IMG/VR virus record: IMGVR_UViG_2529292919_000022
Source: a virus
Taxonomy: Duplodnaviria > Heunggongvirae > Uroviricota > Caudoviricetes
Reading direction: 5' to 3' (one strand)
Length of the DNA: 22,658 bases
Positions 21,540 to 22,658 of this stretch are shown in pieces; positions within the stretch are counted from its first letter, which is position 1; each line of letters starts with the position of its first letter. Both the position numbers and the translations under genes were made by a program. The notes beneath the pieces are model-generated. The model had not been told where the DNA came from and made no database searches. It worked only from the letters and a program-made list of their open reading frames with translations.

Positions 21540-22658
21540 ATGGGGAGTTTCGACTACGCCGCGCAGTTCCCTAATTCCCCTAACCTGAAACACTTTGGTC
21601 TGGGAAAAAGAGAGATAACCGTTAAGGCACTTTCGGAAAAATGGTTGGACCTTAAGAAAATTGAGATTTGTGCGAATGCACTTAACCGTTACCAGTCAGT
21701 AATTAAAAACATGTTACCAATGTTAGGTGAAAAAAAACTGGTTTCATCCATAACAAAAGAGGATTTACTTTTCGTAAGGAGAGATTTGTTGACCGGTTAC
21801 CAAAAGCTTTCTAATGGAAAGACTTCTTCCATAAAAGGGCGCTCAGTGGTCACGGTAAACTACTATATGACAACCATAGCTGGAATGTTTCAATTTGCAA
21901 CAGATAATGGTTATACCTCAGGAAACCCATTTAACGGTCTGGCTCCCTTAAAAAAGTCCAAGGTAAAACCAGAGCCTCTCACCCGTGACGAATTTATTCG
22001 TTTTATTGAGGCTTGCCGTCATCAACAAACAAAAAACCTGTGGATTCTCGCTGTATACACGGGTATTCGTCACGGGGAGTTGGTATCGCTGGCATGGGAA
22101 GATATAGACCTTAAAGCAAGGACTATAACCATCCGTAGAAATTATACAAAACTTGGCGAATTCACTCCACCAAAAACCGATGCAGGCACCGGAAGGACAA
22201 TTCATCTGGTTCAACCAGCTATTGATGCTCTTAAAAGCCAGGCGGAAATGACCATGCTTGGAAAGCAACATTCTGTAGAGGTGAAGCAGAGGGAATATGG
22301 GAGAACTGCTGTGCATAAATGCACTTTTGTTTTTAGTCCTCAGGTAACAAAACAGCAGCAGTTGTCCGGACCTCACTACAAGGTTGACTCCATCAGGGAG
22401 TCATGGACAAGTATCTTAAAACGCGCAGGTCTGAGACACAGAAAATCGTACCAATCCAGGCATACTTATGCATGCTGGTCACTTGCCGCAGGAGCTAATC
22501 CTAGTTTTATCGCAAGCCAGATGGGCCACACAAACGCACAAATGGTATTCAATGTTTACGGAGCATGGATGAAAGACAACAATCACGAACAGATAGAACT
22601 CCTTAACAAAAGACTATCTGAAAGTGTCCCATGTATGCCCCATAAGAAAGTTGGGTAA
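21540..22658 (+). CDS. int: Phage integrase (tyrosine site-specific recombinase)
   Basis: ORF track 372 aa; the C-terminal catalytic region contains the R...HxxR...Y constellation (LRHRKSYQSRHTYACWSL...GH...NVYGAW). The stop codon coincides with the window end. Confidence 0.88.
   Translation: MGSFDYAAQFPNSPNLKHFGLGKREITVKALSEKWLDLKKIEICANALNRYQSVIKNMLPMLGEKKLVSSITKEDLLFVRRDLLTGYQKLSNGKTSSIKGRSVVTVNYYMTTIAGMFQFATDNGYTSGNPFNGLAPLKKSKVKPEPLTRDEFIRFIEACRHQQTKNLWILAVYTGIRHGELVSLAWEDIDLKARTITIRRNYTKLGEFTPPKTDAGTGRTIHLVQPAIDALKSQAEMTMLGKQHSVEVKQREYGRTAVHKCTFVFSPQVTKQQQLSGPHYKVDSIRESWTSILKRAGLRHRKSYQSRHTYACWSLAAGANPSFIASQMGHTNAQMVFNVYGAWMKDNNHEQIELLNKRLSESVPCMPHKKVG

Noticed and set aside
21540-22658. 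Integrase truncated by the IS66 insertion
   Set aside because: The 8-bp duplication places the insertion about 100 nt upstream of the int ATG, and the 372-aa ORF is of normal integrase length with an intact catalytic region.

Overview
This window reads as a defective lambdoid prophage of an enterobacterial (E. coli-like) host, interrupted by two insertion sequences. Positions 1-10324 (minus strand) carry a lambda-like tail-tip and fibre module: stf (partial, with a collagen-like tract), lom, J, I (frameshifted), K, L, M and a 5'-truncated, frameshifted tape-measure gene H. An IS100-type IS21-family element (10325-12278) without target-site duplication replaces everything that in lambda lies between cro and H. 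A divergent Cro-like/CI-like immunity region (12219-13324) follows, with a repeated 9-bp operator-like motif on both sides of the repressor gene. Positions 13471-18631 (plus strand) are an AT-rich, tightly coupled operon of about 17 small ORFs, mostly unrecognised; it includes a RelE/ParE/HigB-like toxin ORF at the end of a three-gene coupled cassette, a C-terminal-HTH protein, a KilA-N/ORF6N-like protein, two tiny hydrophobic peptides and an excisionase-like gene. An IS66-family element (18736-21434) with a perfect 8-bp target-site duplication sits between the excisionase-like gene and a tyrosine integrase (21540-22658). The most promising candidates for an undescribed system are the 14465-15226 cassette and its neighbours in the early operon. 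All homology calls are from memory of protein families, not from database searches.
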